64,000 bases of DNA, from assembly GCA_964016885.1 (NCBI GenBank), contig OZ024758.1, forward strand, positions 38,006,001-38,070,000. Reading direction: 5' to 3'. Position numbers and translations under genes: made by a program. The stretch comes from Eledone cirrhosa (Eukaryota). Shown here one piece after another: positions 23,201-35,799 of this stretch; within the stretch, counting starts at the first letter, position 1, and each line of letters starts with the position of its first letter. The notes under the pieces were generated by a model. It searched no databases, was not told the DNA's origin, and saw nothing but the letters and a program-made list of their open reading frames with translations.

Positions 23201-25800
23201 TTAGCTGTCAGAAGGAACGCCACTGTTGGTGAGAATTCATTTAAGTTCATGGTATTAGCTGTCAGAAGTAACTCCACTGTTGGTGAGAATTCATTTAAGT
23301 CATGGTATTAGCTGTCAGAAGTAACTCCAATGTTGGTGAGAATTCATTTAAGTTCATGGTATTAGCTGTCAGAAGTCACTCCACTGTTGGTGAGAATTCA
23401 TTTAAGTTCATGGTACTAGCTGTCAGAAGTAACCCCAATGTTGGTGAGAATTCATTTAAGTTCATGGTATTAGCTGTCAGAAGTCACTCCAATGTTGGTG
23501 AGAATTCATTTAAGTTCATGGTATTAGCTGTCAGAAGTAACTCCACTGTTGGTGAGAATTCATTTAAGTTCATGGTATTAGCTGTCAGAAGTAACTCCAC
23601 TGTTGGTGAGAATTCATTTAAGTTCATGGTATTAGCTGTCAGAAGTAACTCCACTGTTGGTGAGAATTCATTTAAGTTCATGGTATTAGCTGTCAGAAGG
23701 AACTACAATGTTGGTGAGAATTCATTTAAGTCATGGTACTAGCTGTCAGAAGTAACTCCACTGTTGGTGAGAATTCATTTAAGTTCATGGTATTAGCTGT
23801 CAGAAGGAACGCCACTGTTGGTGAGAATTCATTTAAGTTCATGGTATTAGCTGTCAGAAGTAACTCCAATGTTGGTGAGAATTCATTTAAGTTCATGGTA
23901 TTAGCTGTCAGAAGGAACTCCACTGTTGGTGAGAATTCATTTAAGTTCATGGTATTAGCTGTCAGAAGTAACTCCACTGTTGGTGAGAATTCATTTAAGT
24001 CATGGTATTAGCTGTCAGAAGTAACTCCATTGTTGGTGAGAATTCATTTAAGTCATGGTACTAGCTGTCAGAAGTAACTCCAATGTTGGTGAGAATTCAT
24101 TTAAGTCATGGTACTAGCTGTCAGAAGTAACTCCAATGTTGGTGAGAATTCATTTAAGTTCATGTTATTAGCTGTCAGAAGGAACTCCACTGTTGGTGAG
24201 AATACATTTAAGTTCATGGTACTAGCTGTCAGAAGTAACCCCAATGTTGGTGAGAATTCATTTAAGTTCATGGTATTAGCTGTCAGAAGTAACTCCACTG
24301 TTGGTGAGAATTCATTTAAGTTCATGGTACTAGCTGTCAGAAGTAACTCCACTGTTGGTGAGAATTCATTTAAGTTCATGGTATTAGCTGTCAGAAGTCA
24401 CTCCAATGTTGGTGAGAATTCATTTAAGTTCATGGTATTAGCTGTCAGAAGTCACTCCACTGTTGGTGAGAATTCATTTAAGTTCATGGTACAAGCTGTC
24501 AGAAGTAACCCCAATGTTGGTGAGAATTCATTTAAGTTCATGGTATTAGCTGTCAGAAGTCACTCCAATGTTGGTGAGAATTCATTTAAGTTCATGGTAT
24601 TAGCTGTCAGAAGTAACTCCACTGTTGGTGAGAATTCATTTACGTTCATGGTATTAGCTGTCAGAAGTAACTCCACTGTTGGTGAGAATTCATTTAAGTT
24701 CATGGTATTAGCTGTCAGAAGGAACTCCAATGTTGGTTATAATTCATTTAAGTCATGGTACTAGCTGTCAGAAATAACTCCACTGTTGGTGAGAATTCAT
24801 TTAAGTTCATGGTATTAGCTGTCAGAAGGAACGCCACTGTTGGTGAGAATTCATTTAAGTTCATGGTATTAGCTGTCAGAAGTAACTCCACTGTTGGTGA
24901 GAATTCATTTAAGTTCATGGTATTAGCTGTCAGAACGAACTCCACTGTTGGTGAGAATTCATTTAAGTTCATGGTACTAGCTGTCAGAAGTAACCCCAAT
25001 GTTGGTGAGAATTCATTTAAGTTCATGGTATTAGCTGTCAGAAGTCACTCCAATGTTGGTGAGAATTCATTTAAGTTCATGGTATTAGCTGTCAGAAGTA
25101 ACTCCACTGTTGGTGAGAATTCATTTAAGTTCATGGTATTAGTTTGTCAGAAGTAACTCCACTGTTGGTGAGAATTCATTTAAGTCATGGTATTAGTTGT
25201 CAGAAGTAACTCCAATGTTGGTGAGAATTCATTTAAGTTCATGGTATTAGCTGTCAGAAGTAACTCCACTGTTGGTGAGAATTCATTTAAGTCATGGTAT
25301 TAGCTGTCAGAAGTAACTCCATTGTTGGTGAGAATTCATTTAAGTCATGGTACTAGCTGTCAGAAGTAACTCCAATGTTGGTGAGAATTCATTTAAGTCA
25401 TGGTACTAGCTGTCAGAAGTAACTCCAATGTTGGTGAGAATTCATTTAAGTTCATGTTATTAGCTGTCAGAAGGAACTCCACTGTTGGTGAGAATACATT
25501 TAAGTTCATGGTACTAGCTGTCAGAAGTAACCCCAATGTTGGTGAGAATTCATTTAAGTTCATGGTATTAGCTGTCAGAAGTCACTCCAATGTTGGTGAG
25601 AATTCATTTAAGTTCATGGTATTAGCTGTCAGAAGTAACTCCACTATTGGTAAGAATTCATTTAAGTTCATGGTATTAGCTGTCAGAAGTAACTCCACTG
25701 TTGGTGAGAATTCATTTAAGTTCATGGTATTAGCTGTCAGAAGGAACGCCACTGTTGGTGAGAATTCATTTAAGTTCATGGTATTAGCTGTCAGAAGTAA
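18900..25800. repeat. Overlapping duplications with offsets 1778 bp (33 monomers) and 4361 bp (~81 monomers)
   Basis: GGTTATAATTC followed by AGAAATAAC occurs at ~20374, ~22152 and ~24735; ACTACAAT at ~19341/~23702. ORF starts pair at 20394/22172 and 21093/22871 (1778) and at 18941/23302, 19372/23733, 19747/24108, 20394/24755 (4361). Confidence 0.85.
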
Positions 25801-28369
25801 CTCCACTGTTGGTGAGAATTCATTTAAGTTCATGGTACTAGCTGTCAGAAGTAACTCCAATGTTGGTCAGAATTCATTTAAGTTCATGGTATTAGCTGTC
25901 AGAAGGAACTCCACTGTTGCTGAGAATTCATTTAAGTTCATGGTATTAGCTGTCAGAAGTAACTCCACTGTTGGTGAGAATTCATTTAAGTTCATGGTAC
26001 TAGCTGTCAGAAGTAACTCCACTGTTGGTGAGAATTCATTTAAGTTCATGGTATTAGCTGTCAGAAGTCACTCCAATGTTGGTGAGAATTCATTTAAGTT
26101 CATGGTATTAGCTGTCAGAAGTCACTCCACTGTTGGTGAGAATTCATTTAAGTTCATGGTACTAGCTGTCAGAAGTAACCCCAATGTTGGTGAGAATTCA
26201 TTTAAGTTCATGGTATTAGCTGTCAGAAGTCACTCCAATGTTGGCGAGAATTCATTTAAGTTCATGGTATTAGCTGTCAGAAGTAACTCCACTGTTGGTG
26301 AGAATTCATTTAAGTTCATGGTATTAGCTGTCAGAAGTAACTCCACTGTTGGTGAGAATTCATTTAAGTCATGGTATTAGCTGTCAGAAGTAACTCCAAT
26401 GTTGGTGAGAATTCATTTAAGTTCATGGTATTAGCTGTCAGAAGTCACTCCACTGTTGGTGAGAATTCATTTAAGTTCATGGTACTAGCTGTCAGAAGTA
26501 ACCCCAATGTTGGTGAGAATTCATTTAAGTTCATGGTATTAGCTGTCAGAAGTCACTCCAATGTTGGTGAGAATTCATTTAAGTTCATGGTATTAGCTGT
26601 CAGAAGTAACTCCACTGTTGGTGAGAATTCATTTAAGTTCATGGTATTAGCTGTCAGAAGTAACTCCACTGTTGGTGAGAATTCATTTAAGTTCATGGTA
26701 TTAGCTGTCAGAAGTAACTCCACTGTTGGTGAGAATTCATTTAAGTTCATGGTATTAGCTGTCAGAAGGAACTCCAATGTTGGTGAGAATTCATTTAAGT
26801 CATGGTACTAGCTGTCAGAAGTAACTCCACTGTTGGTGAGAATTCATTATGTTCATGGTATTAGCTGTCAGAAGGAACGCCACTGTTGGTGAGAATTCAT
26901 TTAAGTTCATGGTATTAGCTGTCAGAAGTAACTCCAATGTTGGTGAGAATTCATTTAAGTTCATGGTATTAGCTGTCAGAAGGAACTCCACTGTTGGTGA
27001 GAATTCATTTAAGTTCATGGTATTAGCTGTCAGAAGTAACTCCACTGTTGGTGAGAATTCATTTAAGTCATGGTATTAGCTGTCAGAAGTAACTCCATTG
27101 TTGGTGAGAATTCATTTAAGTCATGGTACTAGCTGTCAGAAGTAACTCCAATGTTGGTGAGAATTCATTTAAGTCATGGTACTAGCTGTCAGAAGTAACT
27201 CCAATGTTGGTGAGAATTCATTTAAGTTCATGTTATTAGCTGTCAGAAGGAACTCCACTGTTGGTGAGAATACATTTAAGTTCATGGTACTAGCTGTCAG
27301 AAGTAACCCCAATGTTGGTGAGAATTCATTTAAGTTCATGGTATTAGCTGTCAGAAGTCACTCCAATGTTGGTGAGAATTCATTTAAGTTCATGGTATTA
27401 GCTGTCAGAAGTAACTCCACTGTTGGTAAGAATTCATTTAAGTTCATGGTATTAGCTGTCAGAAGGAACGCCACTGTTGGTGAGAATTCATTTAAGTTCA
27501 TGGTATTAGCTGTCAGAAGTAACTCCACTTTTGGTGAGAATTCATTTAAGTTCATGGTACTAGCTGTCAGAAGTAACTCCAATGTTGGTCAGAATTCATT
27601 TAAGTTCATGGTATTAGCTGTCAGAAGGAACTCCACTGTTGCTGAGAATTCATTTAAGTTCATGGTATTAGCTGTCAGAAGTAACTCCACTGTTGGTGAG
27701 AATTCATTTAAGTTCATGGTACTAGCTGTCAGAAGTAACTCCACTGTTGGTGAGAATTCATTTAAGTTCATGGTATTAGCTGTCAGAAGTAACTCCACTG
27801 TTGGTGAGAATTCATTTAAGTTCATGGTACTAGCTGTCAGAAGTAACTCCACTGTTGGTGAGAATTCATTTAAGTTCATGGTATTAGCTGTCAGAAGTCA
27901 CTCCAATGTTGGTGAGAATTCATTTAAGTTCATGGTATTAGCAGTCAGAAGTCACTCCACTGTTGGTGAGAATTCATTTAAGTTCATGGTACTAGCTGTC
28001 AGAAGTAACCCCAATGTTGGTGAGAATTCATTTAAGTTCATGGTATTAGTTTGTCAGAAGTAACTCCACTGTTGGTGAGAATTCATTTAAGTCATGGTAT
28101 TAGTTGTCAGAAGTAACTCCAATGTTGGTGAGAATTCATTTAAGTTCATGGTATTAGCTGTCAGAAGGAACTCCACTGTTGGTGAGAATTCATTTAAGTT
28201 CATGGTATTAGCTGTCAGAAGGAACGCCACTGTTGGTGAGAATTCATTTAAGTTCATGGTATTAGCTGTCAGAAGTAACTCCACTGTTGGTGAGAATTCA
28301 TTTAAGTTCATGGTACTAGCTGTCAGAAGTAACTCCAATGTTGGTGAGAATTCATTTAAGTCATGGTAT

Positions 28370-31130
28370 TAGCTGTCAGAAGTAACTCCATTGTTGGTGA
28401 GAATTCATTTAAGTCATAGTACTAGCTGTCAGAAGTAACTCCAATGTTGGTGAGAATTCATTTAAGTCATGGTACTAGCTGTCAGAAGTAACTCCAATGT
28501 TGGTGAGAATTCATTTAAGTTCATGTTATTAGCTGTCAGAAGGAACTCCACTGTTGGTGAGAATTCATTTAAGTTCATGGTATTAGCTGTCAGAAGTAAC
28601 TCCACTGTTGGTGAGAATTCATTTAAGTTCATGGTATTAGCTGTCAGAAGTAACTCCACCGTTGGTGAGAATTCATTTAAGTTCATGGTACTAGCTGTCA
28701 GAAGTAACTCCAATGTTGGTGAGAATTCATTTAAGTTCATGGTATTAGCTGTCAGAAGTAACTCCACTGTTGGTGAGAATTCATTTAAGTCATGGTATTA
28801 GCTGTCAGAAGTAACTCCACTGTTGGTGAGAATTCATTTAAGTTCATTGTATTAGCTGTCAGAAGTAACTCCACTGTTGGTGAGAATTCATTTAAGTTCA
28901 TGGTACTAGCTGTCAGAAGTAACTCCAATGTTGGTGAGAATTCATTTAAGTTCATGGTATTAGCTGTCAGAAGTAACTCCACTGTTGGTGAGAATTCATT
29001 TAAGTCATGGTATTAGCTGTCAGAAGTAACTCCACTGTTGGTGAGAATTCATTTAAGTTCATGGTATTAGCTGTCAGAAGTAACTCCACTGTTGGTGAGA
29101 ATTCATTTAAGTTCATGGTATTAGCTGTCAGAAGTAACTCCACTGTTGGTGAGAATTCATTTAATTTCATGGTACTAGCTGTCAGAAGTAACTCCACTGT
29201 TGGTGAGAATTCATTTAAGTTCATGGTACTAGCTGTCAGAAGTAACTCCAATGTTGGTGAGAATTCATTTAAGTTCATGGTATTAGCTGTCAGAAGTAAC
29301 TCCACTGTTGGTGAGAATTCATTTAAGTCATGGTATTAGCTGTCAGAAGTAACTCCACTGTTGGTGAGAATTCATTTAAGTTCATGGTATTAGCTGTCAG
29401 AAGGAACTCCACTGTTGGTGAGAATTCATTTAAGTTCATGGTACTAGCTGTCAGAAGTAACTCCAATGTTGGTGAGAATTCATTTAAGTTCATGGTATTA
29501 GCTGTCAGAAGTAACTCCACAGTTGGTGAGAATTCATTTAAGTTCATGGTATTAGTTGGTCAGAAGTAACTCCACTGTTGGTGAGAATTCATTTAAGTCA
29601 TGGTATTAGTTGTCAGAAGGAACTCCAATGTTGGTGAGAATTCATTTAGGTCTTGGTACTAGCTGTCAGAAGTAACTCCACTGTTGGTGAGAATTCATTT
29701 AAGTTCATGGTATTAGCTGTCAGAAGGAACGCCACTGTTGGTGAGAATTCATTTAAGTTCATGGTATTAGCTGTCAGAAGTAACTCCACTGTTGGTGAGA
29801 ATTCATTTAAGTTCATGGTACTAGCTGTCAGAAGTAACTCCAATGTTGGTGAGAATTCATTTAAGTTCATGGTATTAGCTGTCAGAAGGAACTCCACTGT
29901 TGGTGAGAATTCATTTAAGTTCATGGTATTAGCTGTCAGAAGTAACTCCACTGTTGGTGAGAATTCATTTAGGTCATGGTATTAGCTGTCAGAAGTAACT
30001 CCATTGTTGGTGAGAATTCATTTAAGTCATGGTACTAGCTGTCAGAAGTAACTCCAATGTTGGTGAGAATTCATTTAAGTCATGGTACTAGCTGTCAGAA
30101 GTAACTCCAATGTTGGTGAGAATTCATTTAAGTTCATGTTATTAGCTGTCAGAAGGAACTTCACTGTTGGTGAGAATTCATTTAAGTTCATGGTATTAGC
30201 TGTCAGAAGTAACTCCACTGTTGGTGAGAATTCATTTAAGTTCATGGTATTAGCTGTCAGAAGTAACTCCACCGTTGGTGAGAATTCATTTAAGTTCATG
30301 GTACTAGCTGTCAGAAGTAACTCCAATGTTGGTGAGAATTCATTTAAGTTCATGGTATTAGCTGTCAGAAGTAACTCCACTGTTGGTGAGAATTCATTTA
30401 AGTCATGGTATTAGCTGTCAGAAGTAACTCCACTGTTGGTGAGAATTCATTTAAGTTCATGGTATTAGCTGTCAGAAGTAACTCCACTGTTGGTGAGAAT
30501 TCATTTAAGTTCATGGTACTAGCTGTCAGAAGTAACTCCAATGTTGGTGAGAATTCATTTAAGTTCATGGTATTAGCTGTCAGAAGTAACTCCACTGTTG
30601 GTGAGAATTCATTTAAGTCATGGTATTAGCTGTCAGAAGTAACTCCACTGTTGGTGAGAATTCATTTAAGTTCATGGTATTAGCTGTCAGAAGTAACTCC
30701 ACTGTTGGTGAGAATTCATTTAAGTTCATGGTATTAGCTGTCAGAAGTAATTCCACTGTTGGTGAGAATTCATTTAATTTCATGGTATTAGCTGTCAGAA
30801 GTAACTCCACTGTTGGTGAGAATTCATTTAAGTTCATGGTACTAGCTGTCAGAAGTAACTCCAATGTTGGTGAGAATTCATTTAAGTTCATGGTATTAGC
30901 TGTCAGAAGTAACTCCACTGTTGGTGAGAATTCATTTAAGTCATGGTATTAGCTGTCAGAAGTAACTCCACTGTTGGTGAGAATTCATTTAAGTTCATGG
31001 TATTAGCTGTCAGAAGGAACTCCACTGTTGGTGAGAATTCATTTAAGTTCATGGTACTAGCTGTCAGAAGTAACTCCAATGTTGGTGAGAATTCATTTAA
31101 GTTCATGGTATTAGCTGTCAGAAGTAACTC
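28370..31130. repeat. Tandem-type duplication, offset 1613 bp (30 monomers)
   Basis: ORF starts pair at 28469/30082, 28792/30405, 29007/30620, 29330/30943. CCACCGTT and TTTAATTTC markers pair at the same offset. Confidence 0.8.
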
Positions 31131-34100
31131 CACTGTTGGTGAGTATTCATTTAAGTCATGGTATTAGCTGTCAGAAGTAACTCCACTGTTGGTGAGAATT
31201 CATTTAAGTTCATGGTATTAGCTGTCAGAAGTAACTCCACTGTTGGTGAGAATTCATTTAAGTTCATGGTATTAGCTGTCAGAAGTAACTCCACTGTTGG
31301 TGAGAATTCATTTACGTTCATGGTATTAGTTTGTCAGAAGTAACTCCACTGTTGGTGAGAATTCATTTAAGTCATGGTATTAGTTGTCAGAAGTAATTCC
31401 AATGTTGGTGAGAATTCATTTAAGTTCATGGTAATAGCTGTCAGAAGTAACTCCACTGTTGGTGAGAATTCATTTAAGTCATGGTATTAGCTGTCAGAAG
31501 TAACTCCAATGTTGGTGAGAATTCATTTAAGTCATGGTACTAGCTGTCAGAAGTCACTCCACTGTTGGTGAGAATTCATTTAAGTTCATGGTACTAGCTG
31601 TCAGAAATAACCCCAATGTTGGTGAGAATTCATTTAAGTTCATGGTATTAGCTGTCAGAAGTCACTCCAATGTTGGTGAGAATTCATTTAAGTTCATGGT
31701 ATTAGCTGTCAGAAGTAACTCCACTGTTGGTAAGAATTCATTTAAGTTCATGGTATTAGCTGTCAGAAGTAACTCCACTGTTGGTGAGAATTCATTTAAG
31801 TTCATGGTATTAGCTGTCAGAAGGAACGCCACTGTTGGTGAGAATTCATTTAAGTTCATGGTATTAGCTGTCAGAAGTAACTCCACTGTTGGTGAGAATT
31901 CATTTAAGTTAATGGTACTAGCTGTCAGAAGTAACTCCAATGTTGGTGAGAATTCATTTAAGTTCATGGTATTAGCTGTCAGAAGTAACTCCACTGTTGG
32001 TGAGTATTCATTTAAGTCATGGTATTAGCTGCCAGAAGTAACTCCACTGTTGGTGAGAATTCATTTAAGTTCATGGTATTAGCTGTCAGAAGTAACTCCA
32101 CTGTTGGTGAGAATTCATTTAAGTTCATGGTATTAGCTGTCAGAAGTAACTCCACAGTTGGTGAGAATTCATTTAAGTTCATGGTATTAGTTGGTCAGAA
32201 GTAACTCCACTGTTGGTGAGAATTCATTTAAGTCATGGTATTAGTTGTCAGAAGGAACTCCAATGTTGGTGAGAATTCATTTAAGTCATGGTACTAGCTG
32301 TCAGAAGTAACTCCACTGTTGGTGAGAATTCATTTAAGTTCATGGTATTAGCTGTCAGAAGTAACTCCACTGTTGGTGAGAATTCATTTAAGTTCATGGT
32401 ATTAGCTGTCAGAAGTAACTCCACTGTTGGTGAGAATTCATTTAAGTTCATGGTATTAGCTGTCAGAAGTAACTCCACTGTTGGTGAGAATTCATTTACG
32501 TTCATGGTATTAGTTTGTCAGAAGTAACTCCACTGTTGGTGAGAATTCATTTAAGTCATGGTATTAGTTGTCAGAAGTAACTCCAATGTTGGTGAGAATT
32601 CATTTAAGTTCATGGTAATAGCTGTCAGAAGTAACTCCACTGTTGGTAAGAATTCATTTAAGTCATGGTATTAGCTGTCAGAAGTAACTCCAATGTTGGT
32701 GAGAATTCATTTAAGTCATGGTACTAGCTGTCAGAAGTCACTCCACTGTTGGTGAGAATTCATTTAAGTTCATGGTACTAGCTGTCAGAAGTAACCCCAA
32801 TGTTGGTGAGAATTCATTTAAGTTCATGGTATTAGCTGTCAGAAGTCACTCCAATGTTGGTGAGAATTCATTTAAGTTCATGGTATTAGCTGTCAGAAGG
32901 AACGCCACTGTTGGTGAGAATTCATTTAAGTTCATGGTATTAGCTGTCAGAAGTAACTCCACTGTTGGTGAGAATTCATTTAAGTTAATGGTACTAGCTG
33001 TCAGAAGTAACTCCAATGTTGGTGAGAATTCATTTAAGTTCATGGTATTAGCTGTCAGAAGTAACTCCACTGTTGGTGAGTATTCATTTAAGTCATGGTA
33101 TTAGCTGCCAGAAGTAACTCCACTGTTGGTGAGAATTCAATTAAGTTCATGATATTAGCTGTCAGAAGTAACTCCACTGTTTGTGAGAATTCATTTAAGT
33201 TCATGGTATTAGCTGTCAGAAGTAACTCCACAGTTGGTGAGAATTCATTTAAGTTCATGGTATTAGTTGGTCAGAAGTAACTCCACTGTTGGTGAGAATT
33301 CATTTAAGTCATGGTATTAGTTGTCAGAAGGAACTCCAATGTTGGTGAGAATTCATTTAAGTCATGGTACTAGCTGTCAGAAGTAACTCCACTGTTGGTG
33401 AGAATTCATTTAAGTTCATGGTATTAGCTGTCAGAAGGAACGCCACTGTTGGTGAGAATTCATTTAAGTTCATGGTACTAGCTGTCAGAAGTAACTCCAA
33501 TGTTGGTGAGAATTCATTTAAGTTCATGGTATTAGCTGTCAGAAGTAACTCCACTGTTGGTGAGAATTCATTTAAGTCAGGGTATTAGCTGTCAGAAGTA
33601 ACTCCACTGTTGGTGAGAATTCATTTAAGTTCATGGTATTAGCTGTCAGAAGGAACTCCACTGTTGGTGAGAATTCATTTAAGTTCATGGTACTAGCTGT
33701 CAGAAGTAACTCCAATGTTGGTGAGAATTCATTTAAGTTCATGGTATTAGCTGTCAGAAGTAACTCCACTGTTGGTGAGTATTCATTTAAGTCATGGTAT
33801 TAGCTGCCAGAAGTAACTCCACTGTTGGTCAGAATTCATTTAAGTTCATGGTATTAGCTGTCAGAAGTAACTCCACTGTTGGTGAGAATTCATTTAAGTT
33901 CATGGTATTAGCTGTCAGAAGTAACTCCACAGTTGGTGAGAATTCATTTAAGTTCATGGTATTAGTTGGTCAGAAGTAACTCCACTGTTGGTGAGAATTC
34001 ATTTAAGTTCATGGTATTAGCTGTCAGAAGGAACGCCACTGTTGGTGAGAATTCATTTAATTTCATGGTATTAGCTGTCAGAAGTAACTCCACTGTTGGT

Positions 34101-35799
34101 GAGAATTCATTTAAGTTCATGGTACTAGCTGTCAGAAGTAACTCCAATGTTGGTGAGAATTCATTTAAGTTCATGGTATTAGCTGTCAGAAGGAACTCCA
34201 CTGTTGGTGAGAATTCATTTAAGTTCATGGTATTAGCTGTCAGAAGTAACTCCACTGTTGGTGAGAATTCATTTAGGTCATGGTATTAGCTGTCAGAAGT
34301 AACTCCATTGTTGGTGAGAATTCATTTAAGTCATGGTACTAGCTGTCAGAAGTAACTCCAATGTTGGTGAGAATTCATTTAAGTCATGGTACTAGCTGTC
34401 AGAAGTAACTCCACTGTTGGTGAGAATTCATTTAAGTCATGGTATTAGCTGTCAGAAGTAACTCCACTGTTGGTGAGAATTCATTTAATTTCATGGTATT
34501 AGCTGTCAGAAGTAACTCCACTGTTGGTGAGAATTCATTTAAGTTCATGGTACTAGCTGTCAGAAGTAACTCCAATGTTGGTGAGAATTCATTTAAGTTC
34601 ATGGTATTAGCTGTCAGAAGTAACTCCACTGTTGGTGAGAATTCATTTAAGTCATGGTATTAGCTGTCAGAAGTAACTCCACTGTTGGTGAGAATTCATT
34701 TAAGTTCATGGTATTAGCTGTCAGAAGGAACTCCACTGTTGGTGAGAATTCATTTAAGTTCATGGTACTAGCTGTCAGAAGTAACCCCAATGTTGGTGAG
34801 AATTCATTTAAGTTCATGGTATTAGCTGTCAGAAGTAACTCCACTGTTGGTGAGTATTCATTTAAGTCATGGTATTAGCTCTCAGAAGTAACTCCACTGT
34901 TGGTGAGAATTCATTTAAGTTCATGGTATTAGCTGTCAGAAGTAACTCCACTGTTGGTGAGAATTCATTTAAGTTCATGGTATTAGCTGTCAGAAGTAAC
35001 TCCACTGTTGGTGAGAATTCATTTACGTTCATGGTATTAGTTTGTCAGAAGTAACTCCACTGTTGGTGAGAATTCATTTAAGTCATGGTATTAGTTGTCA
35101 GAAGTAACTCCAATGTTGGTGAGAATTCATTTAAGTTCATGGTAATAGCTGTCAGAAGTAACTCCACTATTGGTGAGAATTCATTTAAGTCATGGTATTA
35201 GCTGTCAGAAGTAACTCCAATGTTGGTGAGAATTCATTTAAGTCATGGTACTAGCTGTCAGAAGTCACTCCACTGTTGGTGAGAATTCATTTAAGTTCAT
35301 GGTATTAGCTGTCAGAAGTAACTCCACTGTTGGTGAGAATTCATTTACGTTCATGGTATTAGTTTGTCAGAAGTAACTCCACTGTTGGTGAGAATTCATT
35401 TAAGTCATGGTATTAGTTGTCAGAAGTAACTCCAATGTTGGTGAGAATTCATTTAAGTTCATGGTAATAGCTGTCAGAAGTAACTCCACTGTTGGTGAGA
35501 ATTCATTTAAGTCATGGTATTAGCTGTCAGAAGTAACTCCAATGTTGGTGAGAATTCATTTAAGTCATGGTACTAGCTGTCAGAAGTCACTCCACTGTTG
35601 GTGAGAATTCATTTAAGTTCATGGTACTAGCTGTCAGAAGTAACCCCAATGTTGGTGAGAATTCATTTAAGTTCATGGTATTAGCTGTCAGAAGTCACTC
35701 CAATGTTGGTGAGAATTCATTTAAGTTCATGGTATTAGCTGTCAGAAGTAACTCCACTGTTGGTAAGAATTCATTTAAGTTCATGGTATTAGCTGTCAG

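Larger units (their letters stand above)
1..28400. repeat. Satellite variant domain A
   Basis: Carries GAATAC (last at ~27268), GGCGAG (last ~26243), AGAACGAAC (last ~24932), frequent GTCAC and ACCCCAAT units, and long runs of pure 54-mers (up to 18-20 units between indels). The boundary is approximate. Confidence 0.75.
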
